Origin: Chthoniobacterales bacterium
Lineage (GTDB): Bacteria; Verrucomicrobiota; Verrucomicrobiia; Chthoniobacterales; UBA10450
Assembly: GCA_965217815.1 (NCBI GenBank)
Contig: CBDCJI010000001.1
Span: 527,088-591,087, forward strand
Direction: 5' to 3'
Length of the DNA: 64,000 nucleotides
Both the position numbers and the translations under genes were made by a program. Within the stretch, counting starts at the first letter, position 1; each line of letters opens with the position of its first letter. Below the pieces are notes generated by a model. That model was not told the DNA's origin. It was given only the letters and a program-made list of their open reading frames with translations, and did not search any database. Positions 1 to 8,889 of this stretch are shown here, piece after piece.

Positions 1-67
1 TGGCGCCAAACGTTAGCGCTCCCTTTGGAGCAACGTGCGACGGACGTTGCGCTACGAGTCGAGCCGG

Positions 68-2854
68 ATGCTTTCGCCCAAGACGCAAACCAATCTCAAG
101 AACGCGCAGTCATACTTCGCGGAACACCTCGCGGTCGGGGATTACTACGCGGAATCAAATCGAGTCCTGGGCGAATGGATCGGTAAAGGAGCCGAGGCGC
201 TTGGTCTCGCTGGCACGGTCGAGCAAACAGAATTCGTCCGACTTTGCGAGAATGCTCACCCGCACACTGGTGAACGGCTCACGCTGCGGTTGAAGCACAC
301 GAGAAAAGAAAGCGACGAACGCGAGGTCGCGAACCGTCGGGTCTTTTTCGACTTTACGTTTTCACCGCCGAAATCGGTCTCGATCGCCGCGCTAGTTGGC
401 GGCGACGAACGAATTGTCGCGGCGCATAAAGAAGCCGTGAGGATCGCGGTGCGAGAGCTGGAACAGTTCGCTGCCACTCGCATCCGACAGGCGGGTAGCA
501 ACGCAGACCGCCCAACCAGAAACATTGTCGCCGCGCTCTTCGAGCACGAAACCTCGCGCGCGCTCGACCCGCATCTGCACACCCACTGCATTATCTTCAA
601 TGCCACGCATGACGCGGAGGAGGACCGCTGGAAGGCGTTACAAAACTACCAGATGCTGACTGCGCAGAAATACGTCGAGAACGTCTATTATCATGAGCTG
701 GCGCGTGCGCTGCGGACGTGCGGGTACACGATCGAGAATTCGGTGCGTGGTGATTTCCATCTCACCGAAATCAGTTCCGAACTGTGTGAGCGATTCTCCA
801 AACGGCATCGCGAGATTGATAAGCAAACGCGTGCATTTCTTGTCGCCAATCCCGACAAAGCTGAAGGCAATGTGCGCGACATTCGCGAACACCTGGCGCA
901 TCGACTTCGCTCCCGGAAAATTCGCGAACTGCCGCCAGGGCGTCTGCATGCGCTTTGGCAGGAGCAGCTGAGTTCCGAGGACCACACTCTTCTAAGGAGG
1001 CGTGCAAACCTTTCTGAGATCGATGGCAAAGACAGCGTCGCGGCGGTCTCTTGGGCGGAAGATCATCTCTTTGATCGGCGATCAATCGTTCATGAACACG
1101 AGCTGTGGCGACACGCGCTGGAGGCCGCGCGAGGTGCGCCGCTTTCGCTGGCAGAGTTGAAACGTGAAACCGGATCGCGGGACTACATCCGCGAACCGGA
1201 CGGTCGATTGACTCGCAAAGATGTGCTCGGACGGGAGTGGGCAATTGTGCAGATGGCGGCGAAAGGCGCCGGGCAATTCTCAGCGCTCGGCAGGCCAAGC
1301 GCGGATGCGGCGGAATCCTTGGCCGATGATCAACGGCGGGCTTATCAACAAATTCTCGGATCGCGCGATCTGGTGACGCTCTTTCGTGGAGGCGCCGGCA
1401 CGGGCAAGAGCTTCGTGCTCCGAAACATTCAGTCCGCCCTGGAGCGAAGCGGCCGAACTACGATCGTGCTCGCGCCACAAAGGCAGCAAGTGATCGAACT
1501 GGCAAAGGACGGGCTCCACGAGACCAAGACAGTTGCGGAGTTTCTGCAAAGCGAATTGATGCGCGAAGGCGCGGTCGTGATCGTGGACGAAGCCGGTCAG
1601 ATTGGCGGACGCCAGATGCTCTCGCTTCTCGAAACGATCCAGGCGCATCATGGTCGCGTTATCCTTTCGGGCGATACGCGCCAGCATGGTCCGGTCGAAG
1701 CATCGGATGCGTTGCGCGCCATCGAGCGCTACTCCGGTCTCTATGCGGCGGAGCTGAATCTCATTCGGCGACAGAATCCAGAACGCGCCAAAGTGAAGGA
1801 AGAGCGTGAGAAGATTCGGCGCTACCGCGACGCGGTGAAGGCGGCTGCGAATGGCGAAATCAGCAAGTCATTCGCAGGCTTGGAGGATTCGGGTGCGGTT
1901 ATCGAATGCGGATTGGACGACCTGCGCGAGGGGCTCGTCGCCGCCTATCTCGAACTCAAGGCTCGAAAGGAGAGCGCGCTGATCGTCTCTCAAACGCGCG
2001 CCGAAGTGCGTGCGCTAAATGATTCCATTCGCAAGCGACTGCTGACAACAGGGCAAATCGCCACAGCGGAACATCTCGTCACCGCGCTCGATGCGGTCGA
2101 TGCAACATCCGCGCAGAAACTCGACGCTCGCTTTTATCCGACAGATCACGTGCTCGTATTCAATCGAAGAGTCGCGGGCTGGGATCGCGGAGCGACCGGG
2201 CGCATGCTCGCTGCGACAGATGCCGGAATTTTTGTCGAGGGCGGCGGTAAAGTTCGGATCGTCAGACCAAAGTATGCGGACCGCCTGACCATCTGTGTTC
2301 CTCGCGCGCTGCCACTAAGCGTTGGCGACCGACTGCAACTTAAGGCTAACGCGAAAGCGGTCGGTGGCGAGCAACTCGCGAATGGCGAAGTGGTGGAGAT
2401 TCGGGCAGTCCGCGCGACCGGAAAGATCGAACTCGCCGACGGCAGGACTCTGCCGGCGTTGTATCGGCAGTTCACGCGCGGCTACGCCGTCACCTCCTAC
2501 GGCTCTCAGGGCAAGACCGTCGATCACGTGCTCCTCGGAGACTCGGCGATTCGGGCCGCCACGAATGCGCAGCAATGGTATGTGAGCATTTCGCGCGGTC
2601 GCAAATCGGTTCGCATTTTTACACCCGACAAAGAAGCGCTCCGTCAGCACATCACTCGCGCTGGCGATCGACCGCTAGCGCTCAGCATGAGCACGCTCGA
2701 ACTCCAACGCCGAGTACTTCGCCGAGGTCTTCGTGGAATTCCCCGCGGACGGCAGCTCGCAAGGGCTGTCTGCCTGATGTTCGCCCGCAAGCGCAATCCA
2801 TTCGCGATCCGACAAAAGCAAACAACCCATGAGCCTCAAACAATCGTCACCTGA
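68..2854 (+). CDS. MobF/TrwC-type conjugative relaxase fused to a RecD/TraA-like P-loop helicase
   Basis: The N-terminus MLSPKTQTNLKNAQSYFAEHLAVGDYY and the histidine triad HETSRALDPHLHTHCIIFN are typical of the TrwC relaxase domain. Walker A GGAGTGKS and VDEAGQ lie in the C-terminal half. The ATG at 68 is preferred over the GTG at 35. Confidence 0.9.
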   Translation: MLSPKTQTNLKNAQSYFAEHLAVGDYYAESNRVLGEWIGKGAEALGLAGTVEQTEFVRLCENAHPHTGERLTLRLKHTRKESDEREVANRRVFFDFTFSPPKSVSIAALVGGDERIVAAHKEAVRIAVRELEQFAATRIRQAGSNADRPTRNIVAALFEHETSRALDPHLHTHCIIFNATHDAEEDRWKALQNYQMLTAQKYVENVYYHELARALRTCGYTIENSVRGDFHLTEISSELCERFSKRHREIDKQTRAFLVANPDKAEGNVRDIREHLAHRLRSRKIRELPPGRLHALWQEQLSSEDHTLLRRRANLSEIDGKDSVAAVSWAEDHLFDRRSIVHEHELWRHALEAARGAPLSLAELKRETGSRDYIREPDGRLTRKDVLGREWAIVQMAAKGAGQFSALGRPSADAAESLADDQRRAYQQILGSRDLVTLFRGGAGTGKSFVLRNIQSALERSGRTTIVLAPQRQQVIELAKDGLHETKTVAEFLQSELMREGAVVIVDEAGQIGGRQMLSLLETIQAHHGRVILSGDTRQHGPVEASDALRAIERYSGLYAAELNLIRRQNPERAKVKEEREKIRRYRDAVKAAANGEISKSFAGLEDSGAVIECGLDDLREGLVAAYLELKARKESALIVSQTRAEVRALNDSIRKRLLTTGQIATAEHLVTALDAVDATSAQKLDARFYPTDHVLVFNRRVAGWDRGATGRMLAATDAGIFVEGGGKVRIVRPKYADRLTICVPRALPLSVGDRLQLKANAKAVGGEQLANGEVVEIRAVRATGKIELADGRTLPALYRQFTRGYAVTSYGSQGKTVDHVLLGDSAIRAATNAQQWYVSISRGRKSVRIFTPDKEALRQHITRAGDRPLALSMSTLELQRRVLRRGLRGIPRGRQLARAVCLMFARKRNPFAIRQKQTTHEPQTIVT

Positions 2855-3200
2855 TTCAACGCGGCAGCACTCGATCGCCACAGAGGGACGCTCGCCTTGT
2901 TGGCATCGCGGCCGTGAACTTCCGTGCCTGCGAGTCCTGACTACCCCCGAAGTGTTCATCCTGCCGTATTCACAGTTTCATTGCGCTCGCCATACACAGC
3001 AAAATGATTGCGAGACGTTGAGCATTTCGTTCTCCACTCACGAGATCGTCGTCTCAGGCCAGCAACTTCATGAAGTGGCGCTGGCGCTGCAGGAACTGTC
3101 GATCGATTGGATCAAAGCCATTTCCGCCCGATATCGCGCGGCACCGGGAAACGATGGCGCGTGGATCACGCGGATCGAGTTGAAGGCAAACGATCAATAA
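2829..3200 (+). CDS. Small hypothetical protein of the mobile element (start uncertain)
   Basis: ORF directly downstream of and overlapping the relaxase 3' end. The C-terminal half (ETLSISFSTHEIVVSGQQLHEVALALQELSIDWIKAI) looks protein-like. I recognise no family. Confidence 0.3.
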   Translation: MSLKQSSPDSTRQHSIATEGRSPCWHRGRELPCLRVLTTPEVFILPYSQFHCARHTQQNDCETLSISFSTHEIVVSGQQLHEVALALQELSIDWIKAISARYRAAPGNDGAWITRIELKANDQ

Positions 3201-3256
3201 ATCTGCACTCCAGGGTTTTTGCTCCCACCGGCCTAATCGATTGATAATGTATTCCT

Positions 3257-3583
3257 GTGAGCAACCTGGTCTGTCCACACTGCCAAAGTGTCGTCAATCC
3301 AAACGCTTCAGTCTGCACAGGCTGTAGTGCCGAAATCGTCCGCGGTGCCTCGCGTAAAGAGAAAGCCACGGCCGGATGCCTCTCCAGCATCATCGGCCTG
3401 CTGATTGCCTTCGCGGTGCTCGGCTTCGTTCTTCAATCCGTCGGTGCATCCAACAAATTCGGCCTTCCGGTCTTGCTTGCCATTCTGCTTTCAGCGGTCG
3501 TTTTCAACCTGCTTGGGCGTTTGCTTGTTGGACTCTTGTTCCGGTCGCGGCACCGCTTTTTTCGCGCCTATCATCACCGATAA
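3257..3583 (+). CDS. Zinc-ribbon membrane protein, hypothetical
   Basis: N-terminal CPHC...CTGC zinc-ribbon pattern followed by two hydrophobic helices (LSSIIGLLIAFAVLGFVL, LPVLLAILLSAVVFNLLGRLLVGLLF). Confidence 0.5.
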   Translation: MSNLVCPHCQSVVNPNASVCTGCSAEIVRGASRKEKATAGCLSSIIGLLIAFAVLGFVLQSVGASNKFGLPVLLAILLSAVVFNLLGRLLVGLLFRSRHRFFRAYHHR

Positions 3584-3675
3584 CCTGGCCGTGTATCGAG
3601 GGCGCGCGTTCGGCGCGGTTGCTCCGCAGCCTGCGCATCCGCGGAGTCGGTTGATGGCAGATTCATTTTCAACAA

Positions 3676-4023
3676 TTGGTTATGAACTGCGCGCGCTTTC
3701 GCTTAAATGCCGATACCACGACAATTTTTGTTCGTGACGGATGGCTCGTGATTGAGACCGCGGAAGGCGCAGCTCTCGACGAGCAATTGCGCAGTGCAGA
3801 GGGAAGCCGCCTTCTGACCGTGGCGGAGGTAAGCCAACGAACCGGTTTCACGCCCGGCGCGGTGCGCGATTGGATCAAACGCTCGTTGTTGAATGCTGCG
3901 CGAGTTGGCAAGGAATACAGAATCCGCGAGGACGATTTGCAAAAACTTATCGACGGTAAATCAGTCGACGCAGTTTCTGTCTCCAAACGAATCGGTCGCA
4001 GACGCAAACCCGTTATCTCGTGA
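3676..4023 (+). CDS. Excisionase/MerR-like helix-turn-helix DNA-binding protein
   Basis: LLTVAEVSQRTGFTPGAVRDWIKRSLLNAARVGKEYRIREDDLQKLI matches the excisionase-family HTH pattern. It sits convergent with and adjacent to the integrase. Confidence 0.7.
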   Translation: MVMNCARFRLNADTTTIFVRDGWLVIETAEGAALDEQLRSAEGSRLLTVAEVSQRTGFTPGAVRDWIKRSLLNAARVGKEYRIREDDLQKLIDGKSVDAVSVSKRIGRRRKPVIS

Positions 4024-4046
4024 GCGTGGAGCGAATTCCGCCGCGA

Positions 4047-5237
4047 TCACGAGACTGCCGCAACCCAGCGCAGGAAAGGATCGCTGGCGCGCTTCTTCGC
4101 CGGCGCGGGCCAGGAAACCTGAAACCAACGAAGGCCTTCTTCGAACGTTTTGGCTTCCAGATAATGGCGTTTCACCATCCCAACGGAATTCCCCATCTCC
4201 AGCGCCACCTGCGGGACATTCTGAGTCAGCGCCGTCCGGTAACTTCCATAGGCGTGCCGGAGTGCGTTGTGCTTCCACCGGAAGTCAGGTCGAACCGCTT
4301 TCACTTTCGCGAGGATCTGTTCGATCTCGCGCTGCGGAACCTTGTCTTCGCAAACCGGCCCGCTCGCATCGCGCCATGGCGCGAGCTTTCGCAGCAACGC
4401 GTCGCACATCGGAATAATTCGGCGCTCGTTGACCTTCGTGACCTCAGGCGGCAGGTCGATCAACTTTTGTTCCCACCGCACGCTCGACCAATCCATGCGC
4501 AGAACCTCAAACGTTCGCACGCCCGCGAATGCGCTGATTAGCACCCATGGGAGCCAGATTTTGCGCGTATTCGAGACGACCAAATGAAGCTCCTCTGGCG
4601 TGAACATCGACACCGTCTTCCGTGCGACTTTCAGCTTCGTCACGTCCTCAGCTTCGGTTGTGCGATCTTTCGGCAAATAACGCTCCGAACGCGCGAAACG
4701 GAAAAGCGTCACGATCTGATCCCGCAGATTGTTCCAACGGCGGGAGCCTACTTTGCATCCATTCAAGAACTCTTTGATGTGCGGCGCATGAATTTTCTCG
4801 ATCTCGTCGGGCACCGCGGTCGCAAACGATTTCAAATCGTCCTCCAAACGATTGACGTAAAGAGCGGAAAGGTGCTCACGACGCTTGGCCGCAATCAGCT
4901 CCGCGATCACTTCGGCGGTTTTCTTGCCGCGGTACGGCGCCTTCGTTCGCTCCCATTCTCGAACCGCCTGAAGCACGGTGTATCCGAACGGTTCTACAAG
5001 ATCGCGAGCGAGGTTGTACGCCTGGCGATCGTCAAGCGTCATTGCGCCGTTCACCTTGTCGCGGAGCGCCTCGGAGATTTCGCGCGCCAGTTCATCCGCT
5101 TCCTTCAACGTGGCTCGCGAACGGCGCTGCCGTTCACCGTCGGAGTCGTACCAAACCGTCATGTACCTTCCCGACGAAAGTCGGTAGGTGGAGATATCGT
5201 GTCCCTTGACCGCCGTGACCCGAAGAGGCTCTTTCAC
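4047..5237 (-). CDS. Tyrosine recombinase / phage-type integrase
   Basis: C-terminal catalytic region RWKHNALRHAYGSYRTALTQNVPQVALEMGNSVGMVKRHY (R..H..R..Y signature). It lies immediately downstream of the ssrA 3' end. Confidence 0.9.
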   Translation of the reverse strand: MKEPLRVTAVKGHDISTYRLSSGRYMTVWYDSDGERQRRSRATLKEADELAREISEALRDKVNGAMTLDDRQAYNLARDLVEPFGYTVLQAVREWERTKAPYRGKKTAEVIAELIAAKRREHLSALYVNRLEDDLKSFATAVPDEIEKIHAPHIKEFLNGCKVGSRRWNNLRDQIVTLFRFARSERYLPKDRTTEAEDVTKLKVARKTVSMFTPEELHLVVSNTRKIWLPWVLISAFAGVRTFEVLRMDWSSVRWEQKLIDLPPEVTKVNERRIIPMCDALLRKLAPWRDASGPVCEDKVPQREIEQILAKVKAVRPDFRWKHNALRHAYGSYRTALTQNVPQVALEMGNSVGMVKRHYLEAKTFEEGLRWFQVSWPAPAKKRASDPFLRWVAAVS

Positions 5238-5303
5238 GCCCTCACTTTGTCACAAACTGTCACAAAGAGGCAAGCCAATTCGATTTACTATCGTAAAATA
5301 TTT

Positions 5304-5657
5304 GGAGGCGAGGGGAGTTGAACCCCTGTCCTGATCGCTGTCCCCGCGAGCTTCTACATGTGTAGCCGATGAGGATTTTTAGGGAGCGACAACAGCACCG
5401 GCACGTCGCCGTCTCCCGAGCCACCACGAAATTCCTTCACCGTCCGGCGCGGTCACTCCGCCGTCCGATTAGCCTGCTGTCCATGTCCCGAGCCGTAGCA
5501 GGCGTCCAGCCCGGGACATCGCAGTCAATTAAGCCGCGAGAGCGAGATCTTGGTGATCTGCATTTATTTTTTTTGGTCCGGATTTTAACGAGGCCAACGA
5601 ACCATCCTCGACATGCCGCCTGCGCTTCAAACAATCAGTCGAAACCAGTACGCCCCC
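5304..5657 (-). ncRNA. ssrA: tmRNA (transfer-messenger RNA)
   Basis: The minus strand starts GGGGGCGTACTGGTTTCGAC and ends GGGGTTCAACTCCCCTCGCCTCCA. The acceptor stem GGGGGCG/CGCCTCC includes the G3:U identity pair, and a T-arm is present. The internal segment GGCCTCGTTAAAATCCGGACCAAAAAAAATAAAT is followed by the tag frame GCA GAT CAC CAA GAT CTC GCT CTC GCG GCT TAA (ADHQDLALAA), parallel to the E. coli ssrA layout. The CCA end is not encoded. Confidence 0.92.
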
Positions 5658-5711
5658 GTTTTTCGGAGGAGGCAACGATAGCGCAAAGACAGATTCCTTC
5701 AACCCGCGTGA

Positions 5712-6506
5712 TCAAGGCTGCACCACCGGCCAGGCCCCGCCCACGGCGCCGCGATGGCGTATTAGCTGGGCAAAGCCGGGCGCGGCCGGATCGGGTTCGG
5801 CAGGCTGGCGCGAGACCGGATCGAGGTAAGCAACGCCCAACTCCTCCGCCGGAAGTGCCTCGACCAAACGCCGGGCGTGATCGAGAGCTTCGATCCACTT
5901 CATCTTCAGCTCGGGCAGGCTGAGGGGCGCCCTGAGATGGAGGGCATCGATCTCGGCCTGTCGATGGCGCGCGAGGCGGTTGGACAGTTCGAGAATGAGT
6001 TGGGGATTCAGTCCCTCGTCTTTCCCGGCTGCTGCCCAGGCAAGTGCGCCAAGGGAGAGATAATGATCATTCAGATAGAGCGCATCGACGAAATCCCGCG
6101 CTTCGGAACGGGCGCACAGGGCAAGCAGCTTGTTCGTCGCAGCATCGAAGCGGTGAAGGCGGTAGCCGAGTTGATCATCGGGCTCGACGGGGAAGAAGCG
6201 GAACGCGGAATCGTGCACCCATTCGAGCTTGACGGCTTCTTCACCACGGGTGACCTCCGCCCGCTGAAAAGTGGGCAGGCGCAGAGACCAGTGCATGGAG
6301 TAGCCCGCCTCCCGAAGCGCGGCCTCATCCAAGGCGGCGCTCTCCGCCACCGCGCGCTCGACGTCATGCGCAAGGTCGATGTCTTGCGAATAGCGGGGCG
6401 TCTCCGGTCCGGCATTGAGCACGGTCGCGCCGAAGACGAAGCTGTCCGGGCTGCGACTGCGGCGCAGAGTGAGGAAGACTTCGCGCTGAAAATCCGTTAG
6501 TGGCAC
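5712..6506 (-). CDS. Nucleotidyltransferase, AbiEii/AbiGii-like toxin family
   Basis: 264 aa. Its N-terminal region, with PRYSQDIDLAHD, resembles the DUF1814/AbiEii nucleotidyltransferase fold signature. It overlaps the upstream small ORF by 10 nt. Confidence 0.7.
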   Translation of the reverse strand: MPLTDFQREVFLTLRRSRSPDSFVFGATVLNAGPETPRYSQDIDLAHDVERAVAESAALDEAALREAGYSMHWSLRLPTFQRAEVTRGEEAVKLEWVHDSAFRFFPVEPDDQLGYRLHRFDAATNKLLALCARSEARDFVDALYLNDHYLSLGALAWAAAGKDEGLNPQLILELSNRLARHRQAEIDALHLRAPLSLPELKMKWIEALDHARRLVEALPAEELGVAYLDPVSRQPAEPDPAAPGFAQLIRHRGAVGGAWPVVQP

Positions 6507-6715
6507 AAGCGATCCGCGAGGAGGAAGGCGGCGCGGTCGCCATGGCGCCGGAGACCCGCGATGACCAACGGAAGCGTTTCCTCAGTGACAACAAAACCGG
6601 GCGCCAGGGACCAAAAGCAGCGCGTGCGATAAGTCTCAAGGGCTTTGCGGGCGAGCGCGATCCGAGCGGCGGAATCGGATGCAGCAGCTGTCTTCGGCGA
6701 CGCCATGATTTTCAA
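6497..6715 (-). CDS. Small putative cognate antitoxin (hypothetical)
   Basis: 72-aa ORF immediately upstream of and overlapping the nucleotidyltransferase gene, which is a typical type II/IV TA arrangement. It is much shorter than canonical AbiEi and I recognise no family. Confidence 0.4.
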   Translation of the reverse strand: MKIMASPKTAAASDSAARIALARKALETYRTRCFWSLAPGFVVTEETLPLVIAGLRRHGDRAAFLLADRLCH

Positions 6716-6849
6716 ACTACTTCTTTGCCTCGCCGCGGTAAAGCCTGAGCGCGCATCCCGGTAAGCGGGCCGGCGGCGGCCAAAACGGTGAGCACCCGAT
6801 AGCCTCGGCGCTCAAACCTTCAGCCCCATGTCCACGCTGAGCCTGTTGC

Positions 6850-6926
6850 GATTTTAACGAGGCCAACGAACCATCCTCGACCTGCCGCCTGCGCTTCAAA
6901 CTATCAGTCGAAACCAGTCCGCCCCC
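6850..6926 (-). repeat. Duplicated 5' fragment of ssrA (tmRNA nt 1 to ~77), direct repeat of 5581-5657
   Basis: gattttaacgaggccaacgaaccatcctcgacCtgccgcctgcgcttcaaacTatcagtcgaaaccagtCcgccccc aligns with 5581-5657 with 3 mismatches. About 15 further nt upstream of the RNA 5' end are also similar (gttttt..ggagg). Confidence 0.9.
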
Positions 6927-6990
6927 GTTTTTTTTGGAGGCTTCCAAGATCCCCAGCATTCACGAGCAACTGGAAGTTGCGGCCTGGCCG

Positions 6991-8889
6991 TCAGGCAGAG
7001 GCTTTGGCCAGCTCGGGGCGCGGCGCTGGTTTGACCGGACCGAGCGGGCTCCGCCAGGTGTGGAGCGGAAGCATGCCGATGAGCATCAGTAATACCTGGC
7101 TGAGGGCAAAGCCGATGAGCCAGGGGAAAGCGCTTTCCATGAAGCCGTAGGAGTGCAGACCGATCCCGAGCATGTTCACGCCAAACCAGGACCAGCTCGT
7201 GACGATGTTGCCGAAGATGGCCATGACCATGAGGCCGCGTTGCCGCACCAGTCCGCCCCAGCGGGCGTGCAGGATGATGGCGTTCCAGAGAACGATGAGG
7301 GCCGCGCCGTTTTCCTTCGGGTCCCAACCCCAGAAACGGCCCCAGGATTGATCGGCCCAGATGCCGCCGAGAATGGTGCCGACGAAGCTGAAGAGCGTGG
7401 CGAAACAAACGATCCCGTAAACCATGCGGCTGAGCGAACTCGCGGTCGCGCGATCGAGTGAGGGCGTGAAAGCGCCGCGCACGACGAAGGTGAGGGCGAG
7501 AAAACCGGCCAGGAAGGTGGAGGCATAACCAAGCGTGACCATGACGACGTGGGTGGCCAGCCAGACGTTGGTATCGAGGACGGCGCGCATCATTTCCATG
7601 GTGTCGCCGTCCATGGAGAGATGATGCGCGATGAGAAGGGTGAGGAAACCGATGGCCGCGGCGGTGGCGCTGCCGATGCCGTTGCGGAAGAATCGTTCGA
7701 GGAAAATCCCGAGGAGGACCGCGCCCCAGCCGATGAAGACGGCGGAGGAATAGAGATTGGTCACGGGCGGCCGGCCTTCCAGGTACATACGGGTGCCGAG
7801 CCCGGCGGTGTGGATGACGAAGGTGACGACGAGCAGGACGAAGGCGTAGCGGCCTAAGGTTTGTGGCCAGATGAGCCAGGAGGCGCAGGCGAGGAGAAAG
7901 ATCAGGACGTAGAGCACCATCGCGCTGTAAAAGGGCGCCAATTGGTTAAAGACGGTCTCGACCCGGGCCTTGCGCAGGCGGAGGGAGAAATGCTCCTGCA
8001 GCCAGTCGGTATAGCGCGCGACCGTTTTATTGAAAGTGGCGGGATCGTGAGCGGAGTAAGCCGTCGCCATCGTCGCCCAGGCGGAGACGGCCGGATGCAG
8101 ATTCCCCACGGTGATAAATTGCAAGACGCTCTCGCCCATCTTTCGCCACTGCAGTGGATCGTCGTTAGGCGGGACGGGCGGGATGGGGAAGAAATAACCG
8201 GTCTCAGCGAGAAAGGCGAGACTCTGCAAGGCCTCCGCGGTGATGCCGCTATTCATCGGCGTGGGCGAGGGATGGATGTTCGCGAGCAGGTCGTCGACCT
8301 GCGCTTGGAAGTTCTCCGTGCCGGCGACTTCGAGGCTGTTCTCGAGCCGATGATAAAGGGTCAGCCGCTCGAAGAGCTTGATGATGTCGCGCTGGAAAGG
8401 CGAGCGCAGTGGCGCCTCCACTTTTTGCGCGAGCTCGGCCTGTTGCTCGATCTCAGGCAAGTGGGCGGAAAGATCCAGGAAGGACCAATATTTATCCGGA
8501 TCGGGCAGCAGGCCGAGTGAGCCGAGGAAAGAACTGCCCGCGGCCTTGGTCGGAGCCCGGCCTAACGACGCGCGCAGGAGCGGGCTGCGAATGACAAAAA
8601 GTTTCCGCCGATCCGCTTCGCCCGACTTCATCATCACCTCCGCGAGCCAGTCGATCGGGGTCATCTCGCCGTGCTCGAGCCGGAGGGTCTGGTTGCCGTG
8701 GATGATGAGGAGGGAATTGCGCGCGATCGTGTCGAGCGGCTTGATCCGGCCATTCAAGAGCACCGGCAGGCGGCCGAAATTTTGCATCGCGAAACCGCCT
8801 CGCGTGTCGCGCTGCCCGAGCGGCGCGAGAACGTAGGCGAGCGTGAGGGCGACGATCAGCCAGATGACCCAAGCGCGTGTTTTCTTCAT
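6991..8889 (-). CDS. ccsA: Cytochrome c biogenesis protein CcsA/ResC (System II heme handling), long form
   Basis: Tryptophan-rich WWD motif WGRFWGWDPKENGAALIVLWN, many TM segments, and a 4-nt overlap with the upstream ccsB stop. Confidence 0.9.
   Translation of the reverse strand: MKKTRAWVIWLIVALTLAYVLAPLGQRDTRGGFAMQNFGRLPVLLNGRIKPLDTIARNSLLIIHGNQTLRLEHGEMTPIDWLAEVMMKSGEADRRKLFVIRSPLLRASLGRAPTKAAGSSFLGSLGLLPDPDKYWSFLDLSAHLPEIEQQAELAQKVEAPLRSPFQRDIIKLFERLTLYHRLENSLEVAGTENFQAQVDDLLANIHPSPTPMNSGITAEALQSLAFLAETGYFFPIPPVPPNDDPLQWRKMGESVLQFITVGNLHPAVSAWATMATAYSAHDPATFNKTVARYTDWLQEHFSLRLRKARVETVFNQLAPFYSAMVLYVLIFLLACASWLIWPQTLGRYAFVLLVVTFVIHTAGLGTRMYLEGRPPVTNLYSSAVFIGWGAVLLGIFLERFFRNGIGSATAAAIGFLTLLIAHHLSMDGDTMEMMRAVLDTNVWLATHVVMVTLGYASTFLAGFLALTFVVRGAFTPSLDRATASSLSRMVYGIVCFATLFSFVGTILGGIWADQSWGRFWGWDPKENGAALIVLWNAIILHARWGGLVRQRGLMVMAIFGNIVTSWSWFGVNMLGIGLHSYGFMESAFPWLIGFALSQVLLMLIGMLPLHTWRSPLGPVKPAPRPELAKASA

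Larger units (their letters stand above)
1..5303. mobile_element. Right-hand portion of an integrative mobilizable/conjugative element abutting the 3' end of ssrA; the left boundary is outside the window
   Basis: A relaxase, small cargo ORFs, an excisionase-type HTH and a tyrosine integrase form one block ending about 65 nt from the tmRNA 3' end. An integrase next to ssrA is the classic genomic-island layout. The block holds no copy of the host-wide CCTAACGA word. Confidence 0.7.
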
